Part shown: in pieces, positions 35,984 to 45,804 of the stretch
Position numbering within the stretch: position 1 is the first letter of the stretch
Layout: every line of letters begins with the position of its first letter
Made by a program: the position numbers and the translations under genes
Assembly (NCBI GenBank): GCA_043827405.1
Contig: JBDRPD010000003.1
Location: 93,914-157,913, forward strand
Origin: Elusimicrobiota bacterium
Lineage (GTDB): Bacteria > Elusimicrobiota > Elusimicrobia > UBA1565
Length of the DNA stretch: 64,000 nt
Direction: 5' to 3'
Notes under the pieces: model-generated
The model's database searches: none
What the model saw: the letters and a program-made list of their open reading frames with translations, nothing else
Told to the model about the DNA's origin: nothing

Positions 35984-37753
35984 ATGAAGCTTGTTATCGT
36001 CGAGTCACCCAACAAGATCCGCAAGATCCGGGGCTATCTGGGCCCGGACTATAATATCGCCGCGTCCTTCGGCCATGTCCGCGACCTGCCGGCCAAGGGC
36101 GACCTGGCGGTGGCCTTCGAGGACGGCCGGATTATCCCGACCTATGTCATGCTCGAGCGCTCGTCCAACTGCATTCGGGAGCTCAAGGAATTGGCCAAGA
36201 AGGCCGACGAGATCCTGCTGGCGATGGACCCGGACCGCGAGGGCGAGGCGATCGCCTGGCATGTCAGCGCGCTTCTCGGCGAGCACAAGTACAGCCGCGT
36301 CGTTTTCCATTCCATAACCAAGAAAGAGGTCCAGGAGGCGGTCGCCAAGCCGCGGCCCCTGGCGCAGCATCTGGTCGACGCCCAGCAGGCGCGGCGCGTG
36401 CTCGACCGCGTGGTGGGCTGGCTGGTGAGCCCGACCTTGCGCAGCGTGGGCAAGGAAGCGCGCAGCGCCGGCCGCGTGCAGTCGGTGGCCCTGCGCCTGG
36501 TGGCCCGCCGCGAGCAGGAGATCAACCGGCATAATAACGTCGAGTACTACTCGCTGAGCGCCAAGCTGGAGAAGCCCGGCTCGCCGCCGTCATTTACCGC
36601 CGAGCTTGTCGCCTGGAAGGGCGAGCCCCTGGCCCATCGCCTGCGGGATCAGGAACTGGCCGACCAGACCGTCGCCTGGCTGAAAAATCAGGAGTGGAAG
36701 GTGCTCTCCTGCCAGCGCAAGGACGCCAACCGCAACGCGCCCCCGCCGTTTACCACGGCCACCGTCCAGCAGGCGGCCTCGGTCAAGCTGGCCATGAACC
36801 CGGATCAGACCATGAAGCTTCTGCAGGGGCTCTTTGAAGAAGGAAAGATCACCTATCATCGCACGGATTCCTCGGCCCTGGCGCCGGAAGCGGTGGAGAT
36901 GGCGCGCCGGATCATCGCCAAGAAGTTTCCGCCCGACTATCTGCCCGAGAAGGGCATCGTCCACGCCTCCAAGGCCGCCAACGCCCAGGAGGCGCATGAG
37001 GCGATCCGGCCGACCGATCCCGAGACCGGCCCCGGCGCCGCCGGGGACGCCTCGGGCAAGCTTTATAAGCTGATCTGGCAGCGCTTCGTCGCCTGCCAGA
37101 TGGCGCCGGGCCGCGACCAGATCACCACCATCGACGTCGCCGTGGCGCCCGCTGAGTGGGAGCATGCCGAGAAGGGCAAGGTCCCGCGCGGGGTGTTTCA
37201 GGCCAAGGGCAAGGTGGTGCTCTTTGACGGCTGGCGCAAGCTGGTGGGCGGGGACGCCACCCAGGAGAAGAAGAAAAAGGACGATGAGGAAGAGGCGGAC
37301 GTCGAGTTGCCGATGCTCGAGGTCGGCGACGAGCTCAAGCTCCTTGCGGCGGCGGCCAAGAAGAAGAAGACCAAGCCCCCGGCGCGCTATACCCAGGCCT
37401 CGCTGATCAAGAAGCTGGAGACCGACGGCATCGGCCGTCCCTCGACCTATGCCAATATCATGAAAACGATCATGGCGCGGGGCTATGTGAAGGATGTCAA
37501 AAGGAAGCTGCACTGCACCCCGCTGGGGATGGATGTGACGCGCTTTTTGGTGGTACATTATTCAGGGAACTTCATCGAGCTCGACTATACGGCGCGGCTG
37601 GAAGAGGAGCTGGATAGGATTTCGCGCGGCGAGGCGCAGTGGGAGCAGGTGGTGACCGAGGCGAGCTTCGCGGTGCTCAAGCTGGCCAAGCAGGCGGGGT
37701 TGTGGCGCAATCCCTTGAAGCCGAGGGCGAAGCCGGAAGAGGCGGCGAAATAA
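35984..37753 (+). CDS. topA: Type IA DNA topoisomerase without C-terminal Zn ribbons
   Basis: LVIVESPNK, GHVRDLP, DPDREGEAI, SAGRVQS, ITYHRTDS, QEAHEAIRPT, GIGRPSTY. Confidence 0.93.
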   Translation: MKLVIVESPNKIRKIRGYLGPDYNIAASFGHVRDLPAKGDLAVAFEDGRIIPTYVMLERSSNCIRELKELAKKADEILLAMDPDREGEAIAWHVSALLGEHKYSRVVFHSITKKEVQEAVAKPRPLAQHLVDAQQARRVLDRVVGWLVSPTLRSVGKEARSAGRVQSVALRLVARREQEINRHNNVEYYSLSAKLEKPGSPPSFTAELVAWKGEPLAHRLRDQELADQTVAWLKNQEWKVLSCQRKDANRNAPPPFTTATVQQAASVKLAMNPDQTMKLLQGLFEEGKITYHRTDSSALAPEAVEMARRIIAKKFPPDYLPEKGIVHASKAANAQEAHEAIRPTDPETGPGAAGDASGKLYKLIWQRFVACQMAPGRDQITTIDVAVAPAEWEHAEKGKVPRGVFQAKGKVVLFDGWRKLVGGDATQEKKKKDDEEEADVELPMLEVGDELKLLAAAAKKKKTKPPARYTQASLIKKLETDGIGRPSTYANIMKTIMARGYVKDVKRKLHCTPLGMDVTRFLVVHYSGNFIELDYTARLEEELDRISRGEAQWEQVVTEASFAVLKLAKQAGLWRNPLKPRAKPEEAAK

Positions 37754-37754
37754 A

Positions 37755-38144
37755 ATGACGATGACCCTTTACATTACCGCGTGCTCGAAAGAGAAGAAGC
37801 GCGATCGCGGCGATCTCCCGGCGCTCGAGCGCTACGACTGCGAGCGCATCCGCAGGGTGCATGCGGACGCGGCCAAACAGGGCGCCGCTTTCCGCGTCTT
37901 GTCGGGGAAGTTCCTGCTGCTCGAAGCCGACGCGCCCATCCCCTATTACGACAAGTACCTGAGCGAAAGGGAGGTCGGCTTCCTGGTGCGGCTTCTCGCC
38001 CGCCAGCTCAATGATCTCAAGGCGGCCAAGGTGGTGTTTTTCCGCGCGCCGCTATCCGACGATCCGGGCCAGCTGCCGTATCAGGATCTGATCGTCGCCG
38101 CCTGCTACCGCGCCGACCTGGCGATCGAAGTCGCGACGGTTTAG
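37755..38144 (+). CDS. DUF6884/YaaA-like small protein
   Basis: ITACSKEK...PALERY...VLSGKF.LL...IPYYD. Confidence 0.65.
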   Translation: MTMTLYITACSKEKKRDRGDLPALERYDCERIRRVHADAAKQGAAFRVLSGKFLLLEADAPIPYYDKYLSEREVGFLVRLLARQLNDLKAAKVVFFRAPLSDDPGQLPYQDLIVAACYRADLAIEVATV

Positions 38145-38668
38145 TTGTAAGGCTTTACGACCGCGGGCTTCTCCAGCTCTACTTCCACCGTCACGTTGGT
38201 GTATTCGCCCAGCGTCTTCTGCGCGGCTTGATAGCCTTGCCGGCGCTGGGCCTTGTAGGCGGCGAAGAGCCGGTCGCGGTTCTCGTCGATTTTGTCTGCG
38301 GCTTCCGCGGAGGCGAAATCCACGCCGAACTTGTGCTTGAGCTCGGCGCAATGCACCCGGGCCATGGCGAACCAGGCGCCGTGCTTATCGGAGTTCTCGG
38401 GGGCGCAGAACCAGGTGAGCCGCGCGGTCTTCTCCACCACCCAGCGCCGCAGGTCCCGCGGTTCCATGGGATCTTCCATCAGCTCGAGCTGGGCCGCGAT
38501 ATAGCTCCCGGCCCAGTTATGCTGGGCCTGCGTGATGACCTCTCGCCGGGAAACAGCGGACATGATCGCGTCGTACTTGTCCGCGTCGGTCCGGGTCTGT
38601 ACGGGGCCGGCGGCCATGGCGGCGGCGGGCAAGAGGGTGAGTAATGCGGCGAGGAGAAAATTTTTCAT
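38141..38668 (-). CDS. Secreted hypothetical protein
   Basis: Signal peptide MKNFLLAALLTLLPAAAMA. Confidence 0.7.
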   Translation of the reverse strand: MKNFLLAALLTLLPAAAMAAGPVQTRTDADKYDAIMSAVSRREVITQAQHNWAGSYIAAQLELMEDPMEPRDLRRWVVEKTARLTWFCAPENSDKHGAWFAMARVHCAELKHKFGVDFASAEAADKIDENRDRLFAAYKAQRRQGYQAAQKTLGEYTNVTVEVELEKPAVVKPYN

Positions 38669-38779
38669 GTCCCGATTATAGCCCGGAGCGTCCGCGCACG
38701 AGATGGGCTGGAAGGGGCCTATTTGCGCGGCAAAGGGCGCAGCTTATGCGGGGACCATGGGCCTACGCGCTTTTGGTGA

Positions 38780-39070
38780 TCACTTTTTAGTGATGGCGAG
38801 GGTGAGACCCAGGACGCTCAATAGACCCCGGAGTCCGCGGAGGCGGGGGTTCCCTTGGATGGAAAGCATCCGGTAGAGGTTTTCGCGATTGAGGCCGCTC
38901 TTTTTTGCGATGCCGGACAGGCCGCCCTGCGCCCGACTTACGTCCCTGACGGCAAGAAGGAATGTCGAGAGGTCCTCCTCGGCCAAGGCGGCATTTAGGT
39001 AGGCCGCCGCTTCTTCCGGATCCCGCAGGGCAGCTTGCAGGCTTCCCGCATAGCTCTTGCTAGCTCGCAT
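38780..39070 (-). CDS. Addiction-module antidote (HI1420-like HTH antitoxin)
   Basis: LRDPEEAAAYLNAAL...RAQGGLSGIAKKSGLNRENLYRMLS..GNP. Confidence 0.9.
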   Translation of the reverse strand: MRASKSYAGSLQAALRDPEEAAAYLNAALAEEDLSTFLLAVRDVSRAQGGLSGIAKKSGLNRENLYRMLSIQGNPRLRGLRGLLSVLGLTLAITKK

Positions 39071-39401
39071 ACGCCCGCCTTTTGAAGTCTGCCCAGCGCG
39101 CTTTCGCATTCCGAATATCTCCTATCTGCGTCTTCTTGGCGCCTCCTCCCAGGAGGAGAACCATGTGCTTGCCGGCGCGGCCGAAATATATCCGGTAGCC
39201 TGGGCCGTATCGTACCTTTAGTTCCGCCACCCCTCCGCTGACCGCACGAAACTCCCCGAGGTTCCCGAGGCGGACTCGGGCCAGCCTCGCTCTGATAGCC
39301 GCCGCTCCTTTTCTGTCGGGCAGAGTTTCCAGCCACTGCTCGAACGGGGCTGTCCCATCCTCCCGCAGGTAGATGCGAACCTGAAGGGAATGCGCACGCA
39401 C
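39060..39401 (-). CDS. Addiction-module killer protein (HI1419-like RelE/ParE toxin)
   Basis: PFEQWL...RLARVRLGNLG...GVAELKVRYGPGYRIYF...LLLGGG.KKTQ..DI. Confidence 0.9.
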   Translation of the reverse strand: MRAHSLQVRIYLREDGTAPFEQWLETLPDRKGAAAIRARLARVRLGNLGEFRAVSGGVAELKVRYGPGYRIYFGRAGKHMVLLLGGGAKKTQIGDIRNAKARWADFKRRAYAS

Positions 39402-39603
39402 TTAGAGCTTCCTCGATAGTGTAGCGTATAAACTACATATTGTCCAGGTATGAATATCGTTCAGCTTTGGGCGTTTATTAATCATCCTCAAGCCCATAAT
39501 TACGATCGAGAGGTCTGATTGGTTCCCGCGGCGGCGTTTTAACTCATGAATGAACAGCCCCAACAGTTTGTATACTTCCTATCCCCCGGTCGCCGGGACC
39601 CTC

Positions 39604-41433
39604 ATGAGACGACAAGACGTTCGGACCTTCGCTATTATTGCGCACGTAGACCACGGCAAGACCACGCTGGTGGACGCGATGTTTCGCTATACCGGCCAGC
39701 ATGCCGATGCCAAGGCCCAGCTGCTCGACACCAATGACCTGGAGCGGGAGCGCGGCATCACCATCCTCAGCAAGTGCACCTCGGTAAGCTACCGGGGCGT
39801 CACCCTCAATATCGTGGACACCCCCGGCCATGCCGACTTCGGCTCCGAGGTGGAACGGATCCTGCGCATGGTCGACGGGGTTTTGCTCCTGGTCGACGCG
39901 GTCGACGGTCCCATGCCCCAGACCAAGTTCGTCACCCAGAAGGCGCTGGAGATCGGCCTGCGGCCGGTCGTCGTCATCAACAAGATGGACCGCGAGCATA
40001 TCGATCCCGACGAAGCGCTCAACAAGATCTTCGATCTCTTCGTGGATCTCGGCGCCACCGACAAGCAGCTCGACTTCCAGGTGATCTACGGATCGGCCAA
40101 GCAGGGCTGGATGGGTACCGAGCCCGCCGTCACCGGTGAATCGCTGGAGCCGCTGTTCAAGACCATTCTGGAGCGCATCCCCGCTCCCTTGGCCGACCCG
40201 GGCAAGCCCCTGCAGATGCAGGTGACCATGCTCGACTATTCCAACTACCTCGGGCGCATCGGGATCGGCCGCATCAGCAACGGCCGCATGCGCAAGGGGG
40301 GGCGTATCGCGCGCGTGCGCCCGGACGGCTCGATCACCGCGGCGACCGTCACCCGGCTGCAGTCCTTCGTCGGGCTGGACCGCGTGGACCGCGACGAGGC
40401 CGTCGCCGGCGACATCGTGGCGGTCTCCGGGCTGGAGGGCATCGAGATCGGCGAGACCATAGCCGACCCCGATTCTCCTTCCGCCCTGCCGGCGCTGACC
40501 ATCGATGAGCCCACCCTGTCCATGGAGTTCCGCGTCAACGACTCGCCTTTCGCCGGCCGCGACGGCCGCTTCATAACCTCCAGGCATTTGCGCGAGCGCC
40601 TGGAAAAGGAGCTGCAGCATAATGTCGGCCTGCGGGTGGAGCAGCTGGCCGGCGAGGGCTCGTGGAAGGTCTCCGGCCGCGGGGAGCTGCACCTGTCCAT
40701 TTTGGTCGAGACCATGCGGCGCGAGGGCTATGAGCTCGCCGTGGGCCGCCCCCAGGTTATCTACAAGCGGATCGACGGCAAGCTCCATGAGCCCTGCGAG
40801 ACTTTGCTCGTCGATATTCAGGAAAACCACCGCGGAGCTATCCTTGACGCTATGGCCCGCCGCGGCGCCAAGATGATAAATATGGCGCCGCACGGCCAGG
40901 GGCGCATCCGCCTGGAATACGAGCTCGCCGCCTGCAACCTGCTGGGATTCAAGAATCAGCTGATGACTCTGACCCGGGGCACCGGCATCATGCATCACCG
41001 GTTCCTGGGCTGGCGCAAGCGGGGCCCGGAGCTGGGCGCCCGCAAGAACGGGTCCATGGTGGTCAAGGAGCCCGGCAAGACCACGGCCTATGCGCTCTGG
41101 GGCCTGCAGGAGCGCGGGGTGATGTTCCTTAACGCCCGGGTTGATGTCTATGAAGGCCAGATCTGCGGCGAGCATAACCGGGAGAACGACCCGGTGGTCA
41201 ATCCCTGCAAGCTCAAGCATATGTCCAATGTGCGCAGCACATCTTCCGATGAGGCGCTGACTCTGGTTCCGCCGCGCCTGATGAGCCTTGAGCAGGCCAT
41301 CGAGTATGTCTCCGAAGACGAGCTCGTCGAGGTGACCCCGAAGGCCCTGCGTCTGAGAAAGCGCGTGCTGAAGAGCTCCATGCGCCGCCGTACGGAAAAG
41401 AACGCGGCCAAGGCCGCGGAGTTGGAGGACTGA
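39604..41433 (+). CDS. typA: Translational GTPase TypA/BipA
   Basis: [63 protein letters not shown]. Confidence 0.95.
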   Translation: MRRQDVRTFAIIAHVDHGKTTLVDAMFRYTGQHADAKAQLLDTNDLERERGITILSKCTSVSYRGVTLNIVDTPGHADFGSEVERILRMVDGVLLLVDAVDGPMPQTKFVTQKALEIGLRPVVVINKMDREHIDPDEALNKIFDLFVDLGATDKQLDFQVIYGSAKQGWMGTEPAVTGESLEPLFKTILERIPAPLADPGKPLQMQVTMLDYSNYLGRIGIGRISNGRMRKGGRIARVRPDGSITAATVTRLQSFVGLDRVDRDEAVAGDIVAVSGLEGIEIGETIADPDSPSALPALTIDEPTLSMEFRVNDSPFAGRDGRFITSRHLRERLEKELQHNVGLRVEQLAGEGSWKVSGRGELHLSILVETMRREGYELAVGRPQVIYKRIDGKLHEPCETLLVDIQENHRGAILDAMARRGAKMINMAPHGQGRIRLEYELAACNLLGFKNQLMTLTRGTGIMHHRFLGWRKRGPELGARKNGSMVVKEPGKTTAYALWGLQERGVMFLNARVDVYEGQICGEHNRENDPVVNPCKLKHMSNVRSTSSDEALTLVPPRLMSLEQAIEYVSEDELVEVTPKALRLRKRVLKSSMRRRTEKNAAKAAELED

Positions 41434-41440
41434 ATAATCT

Positions 41441-42082
41441 ATGCCTATACCCCCGGACAAGAAGAAGTTCAAGCTCCGCCCCCGGCCGGCCAAGTTCCGC
41501 AAAGACGGCGGCGCCGGGCGTCCGCGTTCGGAGCCGGTAGCGAAAAGAAACCTGTTCATCGGCGGCTTCCCCTTCAGCACCACGGAGGAGGAGCTGCTGA
41601 CGCTGTTCGCGGCCTGCGGCGAGGTGAAGCATATCAAGATTCTGCAGGACAAGAAGACCGGGCGCTCACGAGGCATCGGCTTCGTCGAGATGGCCACCGA
41701 AGCGGGAGCGAAGGCGGCGCTGGCCAGGCTCAACGACGCCCCCATGGGCCAGCGCAAGATGTTCGTCAGCGCCGCGCGGCCTCCCGAAATGCGGCCGGAC
41801 GGCGCCACCGGCAAGCCCAGCGCGGACCGGCGCTCCGGACAGGACCGGCGCAACACGCCTTCCGGCGGCGCGGAGAGAAAGTGGGCGCCGCGTCCCGCTT
41901 TCGGCGCCGCCCCGAAGGACCCCTGGGGCAGGGAATCCGGGGACGGCGGCAAAAAGAAGTGGGAGCGCAAGCCCGGCGGCTTCGGCAAGAAGAAATGGGA
42001 ACGCAAGCCCGGCGGCGCGGGCCCGAAGAAGTGGGAGCGCGGGCCCGGCTCGAAGAAGTGGGGACGCAAGCCGGACCGCTAA
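41441..42082 (+). CDS. RRM RNA-binding protein with basic C-terminal repeats
   Basis: RNP2 NLFIGG, RNP1 SRGIGFVEM; tail of KKWERKPGG-type repeats. Confidence 0.9.
   Translation: MPIPPDKKKFKLRPRPAKFRKDGGAGRPRSEPVAKRNLFIGGFPFSTTEEELLTLFAACGEVKHIKILQDKKTGRSRGIGFVEMATEAGAKAALARLNDAPMGQRKMFVSAARPPEMRPDGATGKPSADRRSGQDRRNTPSGGAERKWAPRPAFGAAPKDPWGRESGDGGKKKWERKPGGFGKKKWERKPGGAGPKKWERGPGSKKWGRKPDR
41953..42072 (+). repeat. Coding tandem repeat, about four copies of K-K-W-(E/G)-R-(K/G)-P-(G/D)
   Basis: AAGAAGTGGGAGCGCAAGCCCGGC and variants. Confidence 0.8.
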
Positions 42083-42094
42083 AGGGGAGGGACT

Positions 42095-42343
42095 ATGTCC
42101 GACGATGAAATGCGCGCGGAGCTGGAACGCCTGAAGCAGGAAAACGAGGCGTTAAAAAAGCAGCAAGGGCGGACGATCCGGCTGCAGGTCGGCAAGAAGG
42201 GCGGGGCGTCCCTTTACGGCCTCGGGCGCTTCCCGGTGACCTTGTACAAGGAACAGTGGATGACCTTGCTCGACTCGGCCGGCATGATCAAGGATTTTAT
42301 TAAAGAGCATGATGCGGAGCTTAAGTCCCGAGGCAGCGACTGA
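42095..42343 (+). CDS. Small conserved hypothetical protein with N-terminal coiled coil
   Basis: GGGAGG RBS; ELERLKQENEALK then KGGASLYGLGRFPVTLYKEQW. Confidence 0.85.
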   Translation: MSDDEMRAELERLKQENEALKKQQGRTIRLQVGKKGGASLYGLGRFPVTLYKEQWMTLLDSAGMIKDFIKEHDAELKSRGSD

Positions 42344-42357
42344 TCCCGCGGTCCGCC

Positions 42358-42768
42358 ATGGGTAAAAGTATATTTATCGGCAGTCTTTCCTACGAGACCA
42401 CCGAGAAGGAGCTGGCCGCATTGTTCGGGACCTGCGGCAGGGTGACCAGCGTCCGGATCCTCAAGGACCGGGCGACCTGCCGCTCGCGGGGCATCGGCTT
42501 CGTCGAGATGTCCAGCGAAGCCGAGGTGAAGGCGGCGATCGAGAAGCTCAACGGCTGCGAGCTGGGCGGGCGCAAGATCTTCACCAGCGTATCGGACCCG
42601 AACGAAAAGCGGCCGCCAAAAATTATCGAAAGACGCTCCGGGAAAGACCGCCGCCGGTCGAAAAGAGCCCCCGCCAGGAAGCCCGAGGTGGATCCGCATA
42701 TCCGGAAGTGGAGCGCCCGGCACGACGGTTCCGGTCCGAAAAAACCGGGACGCAAGCCGGGAAAATAA
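42358..42768 (+). CDS. RRM RNA-binding protein, paralog of 41441-42082
   Basis: SIFIGSL, SRGIGFVEM, AIEKLNG. Confidence 0.9.
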   Translation: MGKSIFIGSLSYETTEKELAALFGTCGRVTSVRILKDRATCRSRGIGFVEMSSEAEVKAAIEKLNGCELGGRKIFTSVSDPNEKRPPKIIERRSGKDRRRSKRAPARKPEVDPHIRKWSARHDGSGPKKPGRKPGK

Positions 42769-42778
42769 GGAGACTGAT

Positions 42779-43423
42779 ATGCTGACAATCTACGGAGCCG
42801 ATCTTTCCACGCCGGTCACTATCGTGCGCTTCACGGCCAATGCCCTCGGCCTGGAGTACAAGTACGAGGTCCTCAATATGCGCGGCGGCGAGCATAAGCA
42901 GCCGGAGCATATGCGGCGCCATCCGGCCGGCAAGGTGCCGGCCATCGACGACGACGGCTTCACGCTTTTTGAAAGCGGCGCGATTATGCGCTACCTGGCC
43001 GACAAGGCGGACTCGCCGCTCTATCCCAGGGACCCCCGGCGGCGCGCGTTCGTCGATCAATGGCTGGACTTCGCCGGCTATCATGTGCGCAATGCCGTCG
43101 GCCGGCTGCTCTTTAACCGGGTCTTCGCTCCGGCCATGAAGCTGCCGGTAGACGAGCAGTCGCTCAAGGACGGCAGCAAGTTTCTCGACCAATTCCTTCC
43201 TGTCGTCGAGACGCAGCTGGGCAAAAACAAGTACTTCGCGGGCGAGGAATTCTCGCTGGCCGATATCGCCCTGCTGGGGGCGCTCGATCCCGCCGAGGTG
43301 TGCGGGGTCGACCTCGCGCCTTATCCCAGTATCGTCAAGTGGCGCGACGAGCTCAGGAGCCGGGACTTCTACACCATCTGCTACAAGAACTACGGCGAGG
43401 CGCTGGCGGCGGCGCGGTCCTAG
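42779..43423 (+). CDS. Glutathione S-transferase family protein
   Basis: HPAGKVPAIDD..FTLFESGAIMRYL, FSLADI. Confidence 0.93.
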   Translation: MLTIYGADLSTPVTIVRFTANALGLEYKYEVLNMRGGEHKQPEHMRRHPAGKVPAIDDDGFTLFESGAIMRYLADKADSPLYPRDPRRRAFVDQWLDFAGYHVRNAVGRLLFNRVFAPAMKLPVDEQSLKDGSKFLDQFLPVVETQLGKNKYFAGEEFSLADIALLGALDPAEVCGVDLAPYPSIVKWRDELRSRDFYTICYKNYGEALAAARS

Positions 43424-43444
43424 CCGCGCCGCGGGCGCCCCGGC

Positions 43445-44170
43445 TCAGGGCCGGGGCTTGTCGCGCAGGCCGAGGCGGCCGATAAGGGGCAGCTTGAGCG
43501 CCGGCCGCATGAAGTCGAAGCCGAAGGTCAGGCCGAGCACGCTCACCTCAACGCCTTCCGCCATGCCGACGCTCAGCGCCAGCACGCCGTACAGCGAGGC
43601 CTGCACCCCGGTTCCGGACTCGGTGCGGCCGACCAGGTCGCCGGAGCCGAGCCAGTCGCGGCCGACGGCATGCGGCGGCAGCTCGACTCTGAGCTCCGGC
43701 ACGCGGCGCAGGATAAACGAGGTGAAGGTATTGCTGTTGGGTCCCGGCCATACCCGGTAGCGGTGCGGGTAGGGATAGTCGGCGGCGGCTTGCGCGATCT
43801 TCGGGATGGCCGCCGCGGCCGCGGGTCCGGTGAGCTCGGCCACCAGCAGCGGGCGGCGGCCGAACCACAGCCGGTCGGGCACGTCTTCCTTGACGTCGCG
43901 CGCGTCCTTGCCGCGGCGCACCCGCCATCCGGTGACGTGGTAGGTGGTGTAGGCGGCGGCGTCCTTGGGCTTGACCGCGATCCAGGTATGCACGGCGAAT
44001 ACGCCGCGCCACTTGATGGCGCGGGCGGCGTAGACGTGGACCACGGCCGCGCTTTGGTCGTCGGGCTTGGGCGCGATATGGGCGCTCTCGCGGCTGGCGG
44101 TGCGCCAGTCGGTGGCGCAGCCGAGGGTCGCGAGAAGCAGGGCGGCGAGGGGGAGCTGCCTTATGGCCAT
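43445..44170 (-). CDS. DUF3750-family lipoprotein
   Basis: WRGVFAVHTWIAVK, YRVWPGPNSNTF, LPPHAVGRD; lipobox LGC. Confidence 0.88.
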   Translation of the reverse strand: MAIRQLPLAALLLATLGCATDWRTASRESAHIAPKPDDQSAAVVHVYAARAIKWRGVFAVHTWIAVKPKDAAAYTTYHVTGWRVRRGKDARDVKEDVPDRLWFGRRPLLVAELTGPAAAAAIPKIAQAAADYPYPHRYRVWPGPNSNTFTSFILRRVPELRVELPPHAVGRDWLGSGDLVGRTESGTGVQASLYGVLALSVGMAEGVEVSVLGLTFGFDFMRPALKLPLIGRLGLRDKPRP

Positions 44171-44322
44171 GGGGGGGATTTTCGCATATTCGTACGAATA
44201 GGGCAGACCCGCCCGACGGAGCGGATCTGCCCGATAACGATGCACGGCTTTACGGTTTTACGTGGCGGCCGCGGCGGCGCTTGGGGATCTCCTCCCACTA
44301 TTTGGTCTATTTGATCAATTCT

Positions 44323-44400
44323 AAATCTATTCCATACTATTTCAAATTAATAAATAACACTATTTTTTATATTGACAAAATCTATTCCATACTCTATTCT
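44323..44400 (+). promoter_or_regulatory. Sigma70 promoter with a 16-bp direct-repeat operator upstream of the yjjJ-like gene
   Basis: TTGACA (44372-44377)-N17-TATTCT (44395-44400); AAATCTATTCCATACT at 44323-44338 and 44378-44393. Confidence 0.7.
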
Positions 44401-44405
44401 ATATT

Positions 44406-45779
44406 ATGCCATCAGGACCACGTATCGACTATGAAAAATTGGCGGAGAGGTTCCGTCAGTACCTCCTAAGGGGGGTGACGAATGCCGCTGATGCATGCCG
44501 CTTTTTGCAGATCAGCCAGCCCACATTCTCCAGGGTTCTCTCACGCCATACGCGCGATGTTTTGACTGTCGGCCGGGCGAGTAAAACGCAATATGCATTG
44601 CGGCGGGAAATTCCCGGCGTGGGCCATGGTATTGTCATCCATAAGATCAATGAAGCGGGGGAGACATCAAAGCTGGGCTGCCTCCATGGGGTTGAGCCGG
44701 CTGATGGATTTTTTTTCGCAGCGGAAAAGCCGGAGAAATTCCCCAGCGGTTTTTTCGCGGATCTTCCCTATTTCCTGAACGATTTGCGGCCGGCGGGTTT
44801 CTTGGGGAGGCTGATTCCTCCCAGACACCCGGATCTTCAGGTCCCGAAGGATGTCACGCGGTGGTCGGCGAATCACTGCCTGCAGTATCTCACGCGATAC
44901 GGCTCGGACTTGATAGGGGACCTGATCCTTGGCGAGGGCGCATTCAGGAATTATCTCAAGAGCAAGTCCGCGCGGAAATTTGTTGATCCCCATGATCGAC
45001 AACGGCAGTATCCAAGGATGGCTGCTGAGGTCTTGGAATACGGCGATCCGGGATCCTCCGCCGGGGGGGAGCAGCCCAAGTTTCCCGCGGTGGTCGGAAA
45101 GTCGCAAACCCCGGCTTTGGTGAAATTCTCCCCTAAAGTCGATACCGAAGTCGGCCGCAGGATCGCGGATCTGCTTGTTTGTGAAGACCTAAGCTCGCAC
45201 GTGTTGGCGGGGGCCGGCCGCAAGGCCGCGCGCACGGAGATTGTTTCCGGGAACAATCAGGTCTTTCTTGAAGTACGGAGGTTCGACCGGGTGGGGCGCA
45301 ACGGCAGGCGGGGGCTGATATCGCTGGAGGCTCTTGACGCGGAGTTCGCGGGCAAAGGCACCGGTTGGGTCGAGCGGTCCCGGCGACTTCTCGAAGAGGG
45401 AGTCATCGGCCTTGAGGATTTCGCTGAAGTTCGTTGGCGTGAGCTGTACGGCCGTTTGATCGGGAATTCGGATATGCACGCGGCGAATATTTCATTTTTC
45501 ATGGAGTGGCCCAAGGTCGCCGGGGCGGCGCCGATTTATGACATGCTGCCGATGCTGTACATCCCCATGAATGATCAAATCGTCGCCAGGGAATTCACCC
45601 CTCCTTTGCCCAGCCCCGGCGATGCCGATATTTGGCCGGCGGTGTGGGGGGCGGCGAGAGAGTTCTGGCGCGCCGCCGGTGATGACGATCGAATCTCGCA
45701 GGAATTCCGTCTAATCGCCCGAGATAATCTAAAGAAGCTGGATGCCCAGGAAGAGCTGGGTGCCCTTCTTCCGAAGTAG
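44406..45779 (+). CDS. yjjJ: HipA-family kinase toxin with N-terminal HTH, YjjJ/HipH-like
   Basis: ISQPTFSR, DLRPAGFLGR, GSSAGGEQPKF, LVKFS, FDRVG, IGNSDMHAAN, PIYDMLPM. Confidence 0.88.
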   Translation: MPSGPRIDYEKLAERFRQYLLRGVTNAADACRFLQISQPTFSRVLSRHTRDVLTVGRASKTQYALRREIPGVGHGIVIHKINEAGETSKLGCLHGVEPADGFFFAAEKPEKFPSGFFADLPYFLNDLRPAGFLGRLIPPRHPDLQVPKDVTRWSANHCLQYLTRYGSDLIGDLILGEGAFRNYLKSKSARKFVDPHDRQRQYPRMAAEVLEYGDPGSSAGGEQPKFPAVVGKSQTPALVKFSPKVDTEVGRRIADLLVCEDLSSHVLAGAGRKAARTEIVSGNNQVFLEVRRFDRVGRNGRRGLISLEALDAEFAGKGTGWVERSRRLLEEGVIGLEDFAEVRWRELYGRLIGNSDMHAANISFFMEWPKVAGAAPIYDMLPMLYIPMNDQIVAREFTPPLPSPGDADIWPAVWGAAREFWRAAGDDDRISQEFRLIARDNLKKLDAQEELGALLPK

Positions 45780-45804
45780 ATTACCCCTCGACTTCGCCGG
45801 GCGG

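Noticed and set aside
39544..42069. 841-aa minus-strand ORF
   Set aside because: Antisense shadow of typA and the RRM gene
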